DNA from: Gammaproteobacteria bacterium
GTDB lineage: Bacteria > Pseudomonadota > Gammaproteobacteria > SZUA-152
NCBI GenBank assembly: GCA_021647505.1
Contig: JAKIUN010000001.1
Coordinates: 17,828-81,827 of the forward strand
DNA length: 64,000 bases
Direction: 5' to 3'
Shown piece after piece: positions 21,233-32,358 of the stretch (the first letter of the stretch is position 1; each line of letters begins with the position of its first letter). The position numbers and the translations under genes are program-made. Under the pieces are notes generated by a model. It had not been told where the DNA came from, made no database searches, and saw only the letters and a list, made by a program, of their open reading frames with translations.

Positions 21233-21636
21233 ATTTATGCCCCCTGGCAGGTACTGGATACGGTTCAGGTTGATTCAATCAGATTATAGTACCGGAAATC
21301 AGTGTGGCAATGCCAAGCCGAACGACACCCAACCACCACCCGAGCCCAGTACTTGAACCCAGTGGCTGAACAGGCTGATCATTGCTAATATAATAGCTTG
21401 CATAACAGTAACAAATCTCAGTATGAGGCGGTCAACCGCAGATTCCAGGTTGACGCAGACGGCGCGGATAAACCTGACCACCGAGCAGCTCGCTAAATGG
21501 GGTGATATTACCATTCGGCTTCGGTAGGGTATTTGCAGCTTGCATCACCAATTTATCAGGTGCAGGCTCTGCACAAGATGTAGACGTTTGATCATGGACT
21601 GTGGGAAAAAATCATCCCGATCATAGGAGGTGGCCC

Positions 21637-22626
21637 ATGCGAATTTTACTGGTGAATCCGAGGGGCTACTGTGCCGGTGTCGAGATGGCGATCAAGAGCC
21701 TCGAACTGGCCCTGCAGCGCTTCGGTGCCCCGCTGTATGTCTATCACCAGATCGTCCATAACGCTTATCTGGTCGAGCATTTTTCTGCGCGCGGCGTTGT
21801 GTTCATCGATGACCTGCAGGATGTGCCGGTAGGCGCAACCCTCATGTACAGTGCTCACGGCGTGTCACCCGGCATACGACAGGAGGCACAAGCACGTGAA
21901 TTGAACGTTATCGATACCACCTGCCCACTGGTCACCAAGGTGCATGGTGAGGCGGTGCGCTATGCGCGCAGGGGCTATACCCTGGTGCTGGTAGGCCACC
22001 GCGGCCATGACGAGGTGGTCGGCATCATGGGTGAGGCGCCGGGCGCCATCCATCTGGTGCAGTCGGTGGAGGAGGTGGCGGCCCTTGATATCGGCAGACC
22101 CGAGCGTATCGCTTATCTGACCCAGACCACCCTCAGCGTGGCCGACAAACAGGACATCGAGGCGGCCCTGCTACGGCGTTTCCCTCACATCGAACAGCCC
22201 CGTACGGACGACATCTGCTACGCCACCCACAATCGCCAGCAGGCCGTGCGCAAGCTGGCCGCCAAGGCACAACTTGCGATTATCATCGGCAGTCAGAACA
22301 GCTCCAACTCGCGGCGTCTTGCCGATATCGCCCAATCACTGGGTACACCTGCGCGGATGATTGACGGCCCTGAAGAGCTCCAACAACATTGGTTCACGAC
22401 CGTTGGCACCGTATTACTGACCTCCGGCGCCAGTGTGCCGGAGAGCCTGGTTGATGAAACACTGGACTGGCTGAGACAGCACTTCGACGCCTCCATCGAA
22501 GAGCAGAGCGCCAAACAAGAAACCCAGCATTTCCATATGCCGCCACAGTTGCGACGCCTCCGGGAAAGAATCGGTATACCATCAACCGTGAACGTCCAGG
22601 ATCCGGAAAAGGCTACATTGCCATGA
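21637..22626 (+). CDS. ispH: 4-hydroxy-3-methylbut-2-enyl diphosphate reductase
   Basis: PRGYCAGV, IVHN, SAHGV, TCPLVTKVH, TQTTLS, DICYATHNRQ, NSSNS. Confidence 0.95.
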   Translation: MRILLVNPRGYCAGVEMAIKSLELALQRFGAPLYVYHQIVHNAYLVEHFSARGVVFIDDLQDVPVGATLMYSAHGVSPGIRQEAQARELNVIDTTCPLVTKVHGEAVRYARRGYTLVLVGHRGHDEVVGIMGEAPGAIHLVQSVEEVAALDIGRPERIAYLTQTTLSVADKQDIEAALLRRFPHIEQPRTDDICYATHNRQQAVRKLAAKAQLAIIIGSQNSSNSRRLADIAQSLGTPARMIDGPEELQQHWFTTVGTVLLTSGASVPESLVDETLDWLRQHFDASIEEQSAKQETQHFHMPPQLRRLRERIGIPSTVNVQDPEKATLP

Positions 22627-22740
22627 ACCGGCAAACCTGTTGAGTCCTGAGATACCACCCGGGAAAGAATGCCGGCCCTTCCTTTACCCGCCCTCACCCC
22701 CTATCCTATGCCGCTTTCCCCGGCTTGAGGATCACTCCGC

Positions 22741-23631
22741 ATGGCTGTTCTGCTGCAAGCTACCCATCTGATCAAACGTTTCGGCGACGTCGTGGCCGTC
22801 AACGGCGTCAGCTTCGGTCTCGAAGCGGGCACCTGCTTTGGCCTACTGGGCCCCAACGGCGCAGGCAAGACTACTATCATCGAAATGCTCGAAGGCATCA
22901 CCCTCGCCGATAGTGGCGAAATCCTCTATCGCAACAAGCCTGCGGGTGCAGATTTCCGCAACGACGCCGGTATCATGTTTCAGTCCACCGCTCTGCAGGA
23001 TTACATGACAGTCCGCGAGGCATTACAGATGTTCGGCAGCTTCTACCCACGCACCACACCCATCGACGAACTCGTCGATACCTGCTCGCTGGGTGAATTT
23101 CTTGATCGCGACAGCCGCAAGCTATCCGGCGGACAGCGCCAGCGCCTGTTGCTGGCCATTGCCCTGATCAACAACCCACAGGTGGTGTTCCTCGACGAAC
23201 CCACCACCGGCCTCGACCCGCAGGCACGACACAATCTGTGGGCACTGGTGAAACGCATCCGTGCACAGGGAAAGACCATCCTGCTTACCACCCATTACAT
23301 GGAAGAGGCCTACGAACTGTGTGACGAAATCGCCATCATGGATCACGGTAAGATCATCACTCGCGGCTCACCCAAGACTCTGCTGGCCGAGCATTTTGAC
23401 GAGGTAATACTGCAACTTCCACGCACTGATATTCCCGGCGACCCAACCGAACTCCCCCTGCCGGTCACCCTGCACGAGGAAGAAGAGACGGTGGAAATCC
23501 TCAGCCGTGACATCAATGCCACCATTCGCACCCTGCTCGATAACGACATCTCCCTGGCCGGCTTGCAAATCCGTCCACGCACCCTCGAAGACCTGTTCCT
23601 GGCCCTCACCGGCAAGGGGCTACGCGCATGA
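22741..23631 (+). CDS. ABC-2 exporter ATP-binding protein
   Basis: GPNGAGKTT, LSGGQRQR, LDEPTTGLD, TTHYMEEA. Confidence 0.93.
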   Translation: MAVLLQATHLIKRFGDVVAVNGVSFGLEAGTCFGLLGPNGAGKTTIIEMLEGITLADSGEILYRNKPAGADFRNDAGIMFQSTALQDYMTVREALQMFGSFYPRTTPIDELVDTCSLGEFLDRDSRKLSGGQRQRLLLAIALINNPQVVFLDEPTTGLDPQARHNLWALVKRIRAQGKTILLTTHYMEEAYELCDEIAIMDHGKIITRGSPKTLLAEHFDEVILQLPRTDIPGDPTELPLPVTLHEEEETVEILSRDINATIRTLLDNDISLAGLQIRPRTLEDLFLALTGKGLRA

Positions 23632-24677
23632 ACTGGCACCGTTTTCTGGCCGTGCTCAAGGCCCGCAATCGCGAATTCATCCGCGACCGTGCGGCACTGG
23701 GCTGGAACATCATCTTTCCGATATTCATCGTCGCCGGTTTCGCCTTCGCCTTTTCCGGCAAGCCCATGGATCTATACAAGGTCGGCGTCTATGGCACAGA
23801 CTCCGTGCAGAAACTGGCGGAGGCAGAAAAGACGCAGCCCTTCTTCCGCACTGACTACATCCGCTTCATCCCCGTCAGCGAACTGGCCCCCGCCCTCACC
23901 AAGGTGGAACGTCACCAGTTGGACATGCTGTTCGACCTCGACCAGCACTATTACTGGATCAACCGGGACTCACCCAAGGGCTACATGCTGGAGCGGATCC
24001 TGCACGGAGCAGACACACCGGCGGATACAGCAAACCACTCCACCGGCGACTTCCAACGGCAGACCGTCAGCGGCCGTGAAATCCGCTACGTGGACTGGCT
24101 GATCCCCGGTGTACTGGCCATGAATATGATGTTCTCTGCGCTCTTCGGCGTTGGTTACGTGATCGTGCGCTATCGTAAAAGCGGTGTACTCAAACGTCTG
24201 CAGGCCACGCCCGTGACCGCCTTTGAATTTCTCACCGCGCAGGTGGTGTCGCGTCTGTGGCTGATCCTCGCTATCACCAGCGGCGTCTACGCCGGCGCCA
24301 ACCTGTTCATCGACTTCAGTATGTTCGGCAGCTACGTCCTGCTCCTGCTGGTGTTTACCCTTGGCGCCATCAGTCTCATCAGCCTCGGCCTGCTGGTGGC
24401 CGCACGCATTGCCAGCGAAGAACTGGCCGGCGGCATTCTCAACGTACTGAGCTGGCCGATGATGTTTCTCTCCGGGGTGTGGTTTTCACTGGAGGGAGCC
24501 AATCCGCTGATTCAACAATTGGCATTATTGTTTCCATTAACGCACATCATCGATGCCTCACGCGCTATTATGATCGACGGCGCAGGACTGGCAGGAATCA
24601 GCACACAGCTACTGGTGCTAACCCTGATGAGCGGGGTTTTTCTGCTGCTGGGTGCAGCGCTGTTTCGTTGGAAATAG
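23628..24677 (+). CDS. ABC-2 exporter permease
   Basis: Multiple TM helices, YVDWLIPG, GVLKRLQATP; ATGA overlap with the ATPase gene. Confidence 0.92.
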   Translation: MNWHRFLAVLKARNREFIRDRAALGWNIIFPIFIVAGFAFAFSGKPMDLYKVGVYGTDSVQKLAEAEKTQPFFRTDYIRFIPVSELAPALTKVERHQLDMLFDLDQHYYWINRDSPKGYMLERILHGADTPADTANHSTGDFQRQTVSGREIRYVDWLIPGVLAMNMMFSALFGVGYVIVRYRKSGVLKRLQATPVTAFEFLTAQVVSRLWLILAITSGVYAGANLFIDFSMFGSYVLLLLVFTLGAISLISLGLLVAARIASEELAGGILNVLSWPMMFLSGVWFSLEGANPLIQQLALLFPLTHIIDASRAIMIDGAGLAGISTQLLVLTLMSGVFLLLGAALFRWK

Positions 24678-24688
24678 AGATCACTGAC

Positions 24689-25651
24689 ATGAACAAAAAT
24701 GAACAACTACAGCAACAACTGAGCGAACTGCGGCACGAGAACCAGCAGCTGAAATATGCGCGCGAGAACGACCAGCAGAAAAAGCAGCGCGTACATCTCG
24801 AAGAACTAGTGGCCGACCGCACCCAGGAGTTGAGCAGCATCAATGAACAGTTGCGCAAGGAGATTACCGAACGCGAACAGGCCGAGGAGATCGCCCGCCA
24901 GCATCAGGAAAAACTGGCACACGTGGCTCGCATCAACACCGTGGGTGAAATGGCCTCCGGCCTGGCCCACGAAATCAACCAGCCACTGGCCGCCATTGCC
25001 ACTTACACCCAAGGCTGCCTGCATCGCCTGCGTAAGGCCGATGACGACCCGCAAAAGCTCGGCCCTATCCTGGAACAGATCATCGTCCAGGCGCAACGCG
25101 CCGCCACCATCGTTCAACATCTACGCAACTTCGTGACCAAGGGCAAACCACACCGCGAACTCACCGACATCACCCAGGTGGTACGCCGTGCCGTAAGCCT
25201 AGTACGTGGTGAAATTCTTAGCAACGAGATCAAACTGGATATCCTGCAAGACGCCACCTTACCGCCGGTCAATGCCGATGCTATCCAGGTGGAACAGGTC
25301 ATCCTTAACCTGCTGCGCAACGCCATCGATGCACTGAGTGAAGTAAAGGAAGGTGTAGAAGGCGACCGCAAAGAATTAAAGATCATGCTCGACTGCTGCG
25401 AAAATCAGGAGATCAGCATCACCATCAGTGACACCGGCCCTGGCTTCAGCGACGACACCCGGGATAAGCTCTCCTCGCCCTTCTTCAGCACCAAACCCGA
25501 AGGTATGGGACTGGGGCTGGCCATCAGCACCACTATCATTGAGGATCACGGCGGTCATCTCAGCCACGAAGTCAATGATGCCGGTGGCGCCACCTTCCGC
25601 TTCACTCTGCCTGCAAACGGTCGGCGCAGTGAGCGGCACGCACAGGCCTAA
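24689..25651 (+). CDS. Cytoplasmic histidine kinase (coiled coil + HisKA + HATPase)
   Basis: GEMASGLAHEINQPL, QVILNLLRNAIDA, DTGPG, PFFSTKPEGMGLGL. Confidence 0.9.
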   Translation: MNKNEQLQQQLSELRHENQQLKYARENDQQKKQRVHLEELVADRTQELSSINEQLRKEITEREQAEEIARQHQEKLAHVARINTVGEMASGLAHEINQPLAAIATYTQGCLHRLRKADDDPQKLGPILEQIIVQAQRAATIVQHLRNFVTKGKPHRELTDITQVVRRAVSLVRGEILSNEIKLDILQDATLPPVNADAIQVEQVILNLLRNAIDALSEVKEGVEGDRKELKIMLDCCENQEISITISDTGPGFSDDTRDKLSSPFFSTKPEGMGLGLAISTTIIEDHGGHLSHEVNDAGGATFRFTLPANGRRSERHAQA

Positions 25652-25700
25652 CCCTGGGGTAATTACTTATAAAAACAGGTAATTACCCCAGGGTTAGGCC
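25645..25700. repeat. Perfect 22-bp inverted repeat with a 12-nt spacer
   Basis: GGCCTAACCCTGGGGTAATTAC-TTATAAAAACAG-GTAATTACCCCAGGGTTAGGCC. Confidence 0.9.
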
Positions 25701-25807
25701 ATACTCACCCCAATACCCGCTGCTGTCGCGTGTCGCTATAGTGCGCAGCTTGGCAAGCCCACCTGAGCCAACCAAACGCTTGCCGGCCCACAAATGTGGT
25801 CTCAACC

Positions 25808-26152
25808 ATGGCTCACAACGCGCGTAAACAGACCTACAGGGAGTTTCTCGGAATTATGGAACGCCGCCACCAGACCCGCAGCCTTACCAATACCCCGACC
25901 CGTATCAGTTACGAACCGCTGGGCATTATTAGCGCCCATATTCGCAACTTCAGCCAGAATGGTCTCTTTGTCGAACTGGATCCGGCGAAATTAAAGCTCA
26001 ACCACACGGTTGAGATTATTGCCGAAAGCCTCAGCTACATGCGTGCCATAGCACCGGTAAAGGCCATCATCGTCCGCAGTACACCCAAAGGCATCGGCCT
26101 GAGTTTTCTTGAGCCCTGCCCGAGACTCATCGACACCTTAAGCTCGCTGTAA
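25808..26152 (+). CDS. PilZ-domain protein
   Basis: ERRHQTR (RxxxR), NFSQNG (D/NxSxxG), GIGLSF. Confidence 0.8.
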   Translation: MAHNARKQTYREFLGIMERRHQTRSLTNTPTRISYEPLGIISAHIRNFSQNGLFVELDPAKLKLNHTVEIIAESLSYMRAIAPVKAIIVRSTPKGIGLSFLEPCPRLIDTLSSL

Positions 26153-26245
26153 AGTACCCTTTAACAAGTAACGGGCATTACAAAACATTCCGCACCCATC
26201 CTAAATGCATGACGGACGCGATAAAACCGAATAAGAAAACAAATT

Positions 26246-26584
26246 ATGGACAATTCCATGGACAGTGACAATCGCTGGAGTGAACGTCAGGACATACAAC
26301 TGCACATCACCCTGCTATACGATGGGCAGGAAGTCCTCCAGGCCAATAGCAAAAACATCAGCATCGGCGGTATTTTTATCGATACCGCCTTGCCGGTTCT
26401 CGATATCGACAAAAGGCTGGATGTCTCGTTCAGCCTGCGCAGCACCAACGGAACCCAACAGCACCGCCTGCCGGCACGGGTGGTGCGCAACCACGACAAC
26501 GGTACTGCCCTCGCCTTCAGTGACTATAACACCGACACTCTCAACGCCCTGCGCGTACTGCTCTACGACGGCTTCGCTCGATAA
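26246..26584 (+). CDS. PilZ-domain protein
   Basis: NRWSER, NISIGG, ARVVR...GTALAF. Confidence 0.85.
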   Translation: MDNSMDSDNRWSERQDIQLHITLLYDGQEVLQANSKNISIGGIFIDTALPVLDIDKRLDVSFSLRSTNGTQQHRLPARVVRNHDNGTALAFSDYNTDTLNALRVLLYDGFAR

Positions 26585-26673
26585 ATCCCCGCCATTTTGG
26601 TATAAGATTGCCCGCCCCTGCGACAGGAAATCCTCCTGCCGTGGTAACCACTAATAATGCGGAATCACATCTC

Positions 26674-27162
26674 ATGACGTTTCGAGCCCCTTCCTTACCC
26701 ACCTATTTTATCGGCCTGGCCATCGCCTGCATCATCGGTGCCCTCGTCTGGCTTGTCCTCGGCAATACCGCCAGCACCCTGCTCCTGCTGATAGCCGGAC
26801 TCATCATTGGTCACTTTTTCGGCAGCTTTTTTCATGCGGGAGAACACGCCGAACGCCCCAGCATAAAGGCACCCGCGCGCCCGGCCGGCGACAGTGACTG
26901 CGAAATAAAATCCATCTATGTCGGCAACGTCGCCTTCAGCGCCCCACGTGAAGACCTGCAGGCACTGTTCGAGGCCCACGGCCAGGTCGTTTCCGTACGC
27001 CTGATGACGGATCGCATCACCCGCCGTCCCCGGGGTTACGGTTTTGTGGAAATGGAAAGCCAGGCAGCAGACGCCGCCATCGCCGCCCTGAATGGCATGG
27101 AATTTTTTGGTCGCAGCCTGCGCGTCAACGAGGCCAAGCAGCGTGCACCCCATCGGGATTGA
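26674..27162 (+). CDS. Membrane-anchored RRM RNA-binding protein
   Basis: Two N-terminal TM helices; RNP2 IYVGNV, RNP1 RGYGFVEM, LRVNEA. Confidence 0.9.
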   Translation: MTFRAPSLPTYFIGLAIACIIGALVWLVLGNTASTLLLLIAGLIIGHFFGSFFHAGEHAERPSIKAPARPAGDSDCEIKSIYVGNVAFSAPREDLQALFEAHGQVVSVRLMTDRITRRPRGYGFVEMESQAADAAIAALNGMEFFGRSLRVNEAKQRAPHRD

Positions 27163-27242
27163 GATTGGGAAAGAAGGGGTTCCAGAACAGTGTAATTATC
27201 CGAAGTATGAGGCTCCATCAGAAAACATACTACACACTTGAC

Positions 27243-27327
27243 TGTAGGAGTGGCCCTCTCAGGCCGCGATGACGGACTTCCTGGCACCACGGGAACCATC
27301 ATCGCGGCCTGAGGAGCCGCTCCTACA
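27243..27327. repeat. GTAG-type REP doublet (REPIN)
   Basis: TGTAGGAGTGGC..TCAGGCCGCGATGA ... TCATCGCGGCCTGA..GCCGCTCCTACA between convergent genes; degenerate copy at 31166-31189. Confidence 0.8.
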
Positions 27328-27344
27328 GAACAATCTTTTAGACT

Positions 27345-29033
27345 TCAGGTCTTAAACCTGTCCGCCAGATTGCGCAATTGTGTGGCCAGCTGGGTCAGGT
27401 CTTCACTTGCCCGGGCGACCTGCTCGGAGCCGCCGACGGCGGCATCCGTGCACTGGCTGATCTGCTGGATATTCCGGTTCACCTCTTCGGCGACATGACT
27501 CTGTTCATCGGCGGCACTGGCGATCTGTGTGTTGAGGTTGCTGATCTCCTCGATGGCGGTATTGATGTTTTGCAGTGAGTCATTGACCCGGCTGGCGTTT
27601 TCCACCCCGGCCTGACTCTGCGCTTGATTTTCATCCATCACCTTGACCGCCTCCTGGGCACGCGACTGCAGGCGCTCGATCATGTTTTGAATCTCCTGCG
27701 TGGACTCCTGCGTGCGGCTTGCCAGGGTGCGGACTTCATCGGCCACCACGGCGAAACCGCGTCCCTGCTCACCGGCGCGGGCGGCCTCGATGGCGGCATT
27801 GAGGGCCAGCAGATTGGTCTGTTCAGCAATGCCTTTAATGACGTCCAGCACGCCGCCGATTTCATTGGATTCCGACTGTAACTGATGAATGACGGCGGAG
27901 GCCTTTTGGATGTCGTTGGCGAGGCTGTCCATGGCGTCGATGTTGCCATTGACGATGCTGCGCCCGTTGCTGGCCTCCTGGTTGGCCTTGTCGGCCGTTG
28001 TTGCCGCCTGTTTCGTATTGTGTGCAACCTCCTGTACCGCTGCGGCCATCTCGTTGATGGCGGTCGCCAGTTGGTCGGTCTGCATCTGCTGTTCGGTGAT
28101 CTCGGAGTTGGACTTCTCGGCGACCTGGGAGAGCTGCTGGGCAGAGTTCGTCAGGCTGTCCGTGGAGCCCTTGATATCACCCATCAGGTGTTGCAGCTTG
28201 CCGACAAAAAGATTGAACCAGTGGGCGACTTCACCCAGTTCATCCTTGCGGCTTTCATCGAGGCGCCGGGTTAGATCACCGTCACCCTCGGCGATCTCCT
28301 GCAGGGCCGCGCTCAATTGCTCGAGTTTTTTACCGATGGTCTTTTTGTAGATGAAATAGAGTAGGGCGAATATGAGCAAGGCCGTGGCGAGCAGGAAGCC
28401 GGTGATTTCGTTACTCAGCGTCGCGCCATTGGCGAGTGCCTGATCGATGGGCAGGGCGACTTCCAGTACGCCACGGACATCGTTGAGCTGCCAGTCATTC
28501 TTGGGCGTATCGGCCCTGGCATTGTGGCAGTCGACGCAGGCCTGGTTGACCATCCGGTCGGCGATGGCGACGCGTACCATGGTCTTGCCGTCGACTTCCT
28601 CGGTGCGGCTGAAAACCGTATCAGGGTTTTGGCTGAGGGTGCGCCAGGCTTCGCGGCCGAAGTCGTCCATCTGGCGGTTTTCGCGATTGGGGAACGGGAA
28701 GGCCGAGTAAAGATGGATGGAGATACCCTGTTCTTCAAGCAGACCGCTGAGGTCATGGATCATGGTCGCCGGCAGGGGGATGTTGTCGGGATTGCTTTGA
28801 TGGTCGATGGCCGGGGAAATGCCATCCTTGCCGGCGATCTTCTTGATCACGTTTTTCGTGTAATAGGCGCGCAGTGTCTTGAATTGCTGCACGGTGGTTT
28901 CGGCCTGGGAAATGGCTTCCTGCTCGGTATTTTTGCGTACCATATCGGGAATCAGCAGTGCCAGGGCAATGATGCAGATGGTAAAAACCAGGCTGATCGG
29001 TGTGAACAGCTGCCAGAACAAGGATTTCTTCAT
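27345..29033 (-). CDS. Methyl-accepting chemotaxis protein with periplasmic heme-c (DUF3365/Tll0287-like) sensor
   Basis: TM1, [20 protein letters not shown]2, [38 protein letters not shown]. Confidence 0.92.
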   Translation of the reverse strand: MKKSLFWQLFTPISLVFTICIIALALLIPDMVRKNTEQEAISQAETTVQQFKTLRAYYTKNVIKKIAGKDGISPAIDHQSNPDNIPLPATMIHDLSGLLEEQGISIHLYSAFPFPNRENRQMDDFGREAWRTLSQNPDTVFSRTEEVDGKTMVRVAIADRMVNQACVDCHNARADTPKNDWQLNDVRGVLEVALPIDQALANGATLSNEITGFLLATALLIFALLYFIYKKTIGKKLEQLSAALQEIAEGDGDLTRRLDESRKDELGEVAHWFNLFVGKLQHLMGDIKGSTDSLTNSAQQLSQVAEKSNSEITEQQMQTDQLATAINEMAAAVQEVAHNTKQAATTADKANQEASNGRSIVNGNIDAMDSLANDIQKASAVIHQLQSESNEIGGVLDVIKGIAEQTNLLALNAAIEAARAGEQGRGFAVVADEVRTLASRTQESTQEIQNMIERLQSRAQEAVKVMDENQAQSQAGVENASRVNDSLQNINTAIEEISNLNTQIASAADEQSHVAEEVNRNIQQISQCTDAAVGGSEQVARASEDLTQLATQLRNLADRFKT

Positions 29034-29291
29034 GGTATGAATCCCAGAATAAATTGATAGATGGATAACGGATATATAAGCAGGTATATATAAGTGAATA
29101 TATACAAGCAAAAAGAGTATCGGCAGCGTGGAGATGGGCTTTAGGAGACTTCAAGTGATCAATCTGAAACACCGGGGGGAGGGGGTAAATGGAAGTACTG
29201 TTAAGTCGGCCCGGTGCAGAATTTAGGTGTTAGTATTGCCCTTTGCCTGCAACTGCCTGCTGTCGGCACAGAATCCGCGACGAGGAACCCC

Positions 29292-31142
29292 ATGCCTGAA
29301 TACCGCTCCCGCACCTCCACCCACGGCCGCAATATGGCCGGCGCCCGCGCCCTGTGGCGCGCCACCGGCATGAAGGATGGTGACTTCGACAAACCCATCA
29401 TAGCCATTGCCAATTCCTTCACCCAGTTCGTGCCCGGTCATGTACATCTAAAGGATATGGGGCAACTGGTGGCGCGTGAGGTGGAAAAGGCCGGCGGCGT
29501 GGCCAAGGAATTCAACACCATTGCCATCGATGACGGCATCGCCATGGGGCATAGTGGCATGCTCTATTCGCTGCCCTCGCGCGAGATTATTGCCGACTCG
29601 GTGGAATACATGGTCAATGCCCACTGTGCCGATGCCCTGGTCTGCATTTCCAATTGCGACAAGATCACCCCCGGGATGCTCAATGCTGCGTTGCGTTTGA
29701 ATATCCCCGCCATCTTTGTCTCCGGCGGGCCGATGGAGGCGGGCAAGGCGGTGATCGATGGTCAGATGGTGCATCTGGATCTGGTGGATGCCATGGTCAG
29801 TGCCGCCGATGCCGCAGTGGATGACGATACGGTAATGCAGTTGGAGCGCTCCGCCTGTCCCACCTGTGGTTCCTGTTCGGGCATGTTCACCGCCAACTCC
29901 ATGAACTGCCTCACCGAGGCGCTGGGCCTGTCGTTGCCGGGTAATGGTTCTCTGCTTGCCACCCATGCCGACCGTCGCGAGTTGTTCCTCGAGGCCGGAC
30001 GACGCATCGTCGATATTACCCGCGCCTGGTACGAGTGCGACGACGCCTCGGTGCTGCCGCGCTCGGTGGCCAGCTTTGCAGCCTTCGAGAACGCCATGAT
30101 GCTGGATATCGCCATGGGTGGTTCCACCAATACCATTTTGCATCTGCTGGCGGCGGCGGAAGAGGGGCAGGTGACGTTCACCATGGACGACATCGACCGT
30201 CTCTCGCGGCGTGTGCCACAGTTGTGCAAGGTAGCGCCCTCGACGCAGAAATATCATATGGAAGACGTGCACCGTGCCGGTGGTGTGATGGGTATCCTCG
30301 GCGAGCTGGATCGTGCAGGTCTGCTCAACCGCGAGCTGCCCATGATTCATGCCCCGTCGGTGGCCGAGGCCCTGGCGCAATGGGATGTGATGCAGACCGG
30401 CGACGAGTCGGTGAAGACCTTCTTCCGTGCCGCCCCCGGCAATGTGCCTACTCAGCAGGCTTTTAGTCAGGAAAAGCGCTGGCCATCGTTGGACGACGAT
30501 CGCGCCGGGGGTTGTATCCGTGATCTGGCGCATGCCTATAGTCGCGAGGGTGGCCTCGCCGTGCTCTACGGCAATATCGCCGAGGACGGTTGTGTGGTGA
30601 AGACCGCCGGGGTGGACGAGTCCATCCTTACCTTCAGCGGCCCGGCGCGCATCTTTGAGAGCCAGGACGACGCCGTGTCGGCCATTCTTGACGACAGGAT
30701 CAAGGAAGGTGACGTGCTTGTCATTCGCTACGAGGGCCCGCGTGGGGGGCCCGGTATGCAGGAAATGCTGTATCCCACCAGCTATTTGAAATCGAAGGGG
30801 CTGGGTAAAGCCTGCGCCCTGATCACCGATGGCCGCTTTTCCGGCGGCACCTCCGGTCTGTCCATCGGACATGTCTCGCCGGAGGCCGCCGAGGGCGGCG
30901 CCATCGGTCTGGTGAGAGAGGGTGACAGCATTGAGATCGATATCCCCAATCGCCGTATTCGCCTGGCGATTCCCGATGAAGAGCTGGTAGCGCGGCGCGT
31001 GGCCATGGCAGCGAAGGGAAAGGCGGCGTGGAAGCCGGTGGATCGTGAGCGCCAGGTATCCGCCGCCCTGCGCGCCTATGCGGCGCTTGCCACCTCCGCC
31101 TCACGCGGTGCGGTGCGGGACGTGAGTCAGATCGAGAAATAG
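29292..31142 (+). CDS. ilvD: Dihydroxy-acid dehydratase
   Basis: [52 protein letters not shown]. Confidence 0.98.
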   Translation: MPEYRSRTSTHGRNMAGARALWRATGMKDGDFDKPIIAIANSFTQFVPGHVHLKDMGQLVAREVEKAGGVAKEFNTIAIDDGIAMGHSGMLYSLPSREIIADSVEYMVNAHCADALVCISNCDKITPGMLNAALRLNIPAIFVSGGPMEAGKAVIDGQMVHLDLVDAMVSAADAAVDDDTVMQLERSACPTCGSCSGMFTANSMNCLTEALGLSLPGNGSLLATHADRRELFLEAGRRIVDITRAWYECDDASVLPRSVASFAAFENAMMLDIAMGGSTNTILHLLAAAEEGQVTFTMDDIDRLSRRVPQLCKVAPSTQKYHMEDVHRAGGVMGILGELDRAGLLNRELPMIHAPSVAEALAQWDVMQTGDESVKTFFRAAPGNVPTQQAFSQEKRWPSLDDDRAGGCIRDLAHAYSREGGLAVLYGNIAEDGCVVKTAGVDESILTFSGPARIFESQDDAVSAILDDRIKEGDVLVIRYEGPRGGPGMQEMLYPTSYLKSKGLGKACALITDGRFSGGTSGLSIGHVSPEAAEGGAIGLVREGDSIEIDIPNRRIRLAIPDEELVARRVAMAAKGKAAWKPVDRERQVSAALRAYAALATSASRGAVRDVSQIEK

Positions 31143-31318
31143 GGAGGCTGGCGCCCATTGCTGCAAGGAGCGGCTCCCAGGCCGCGATGGATGCCCCGAC
31201 TTTGTCATATCTCGTGACACCGCAGAGCGGTGTGACGAGCCTGAGAATATTGGCGTCTATTCGCGTCATTTGCAGATCGCTTTTCCGCTCCATTCGCAGG
31301 CATGGCCCACTCTATGCT

Positions 31319-31981
31319 CTACAATGAACTCCAGCTAGATTTCTTGCGTGGCCGCAGGCTGGGAGCGATTAGGCCGAGGATGATGCCGAGGATGATGACC
31401 CCGGCGCCAGTGAGAAACCACTCGCGCTCGGCGCTGTCGCGCAGCATCTGGTTTTCCTGCTGCACCAGTTCGTGTTCGTTTTCCAGATCCAGCAGTTCTT
31501 TCTTCAGCCGGGTGTTTTCATTTTTCAGTTGCAGGGGTTTGGCGGCGACACTGCGCAGCCGGTCGAGTTCTTCGTTGAGTTTTTCATCTTCCTTTTTCAG
31601 CTTGGCGTACTGCTCGCTGATGCCGCCCGCTTTACTGCTGGTGGCCGCCAGCTCTTCCTTTAGCCGGATACTTTCCGCTTCCAGCCCGGCAAGTTTTTTC
31701 TCTGTCGCCGCCAGGCGGTGTTTGGCAATGGGGGTCGAGATCATGTACTGGTTCAGCACCCAGCCCTCGGTGCCGTCTGTGAGGCGCACCCGGCTGTATT
31801 TTTCGCCTGTTTCCAAGACCTCCATTTTTGTGCCACTGGGCAGGGTGCGGAGTATCTGGTGCTGGTTGGACTGTCCTGAGCGCAGGGTGATGACGATCTG
31901 ATCGACGACATATTTTATTTCTGCAAAGACGCTGCCGCCCAACAGTAACAGGCAGAGGGCAAAGAGCAATTTTCTTGTCAT
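31319..31981 (-). CDS. TIGR04211 SH3-domain protein (YgiM-like)
   Basis: Signal peptide, SH3b (LRSG...EGWV), coiled coil, C-terminal TM, RKKSSW. Confidence 0.88.
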   Translation of the reverse strand: MTRKLLFALCLLLLGGSVFAEIKYVVDQIVITLRSGQSNQHQILRTLPSGTKMEVLETGEKYSRVRLTDGTEGWVLNQYMISTPIAKHRLAATEKKLAGLEAESIRLKEELAATSSKAGGISEQYAKLKKEDEKLNEELDRLRSVAAKPLQLKNENTRLKKELLDLENEHELVQQENQMLRDSAEREWFLTGAGVIILGIILGLIAPSLRPRKKSSWSSL

Positions 31982-32358
31982 GGTTTGGGATACCAACTTA
32001 CTTGCGTATATTTAAGGTTGCTGACACCGGTGTGGGCCGGCGTCATCATGATGGCGTTTGTGGCCTTGCTTGCATATTGGGTTGCGATTCGCGATGTTTG
32101 ATGCTACTAGAGAATGCAGGAGGCTGCGACGATAATACTCTATCGTCATGACGGACTCAAAAGTCCGGCCGGTGAAAAATCAGGCATAGTCCAAAATGAC
32201 TACCGGGTGTTACAGCTTTTCAGGCAGAATTGACCTGATTGGCAGGCTTGATGTACTTTTGCGTTTGGTCGGCAGGGGGCGCGGCGTTTCTGACGGCCGA
32301 GGTCGGGTCGGTGTCGCGGTAACGGAAAATTCCAACTCATAGTGAAGGGTATTGTTCC

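Noticed and set aside
24257-24688. N-terminal extension of the histidine kinase ORF
   Set aside because: Overlaps the permease in another frame; ATG 24689 is the plausible start
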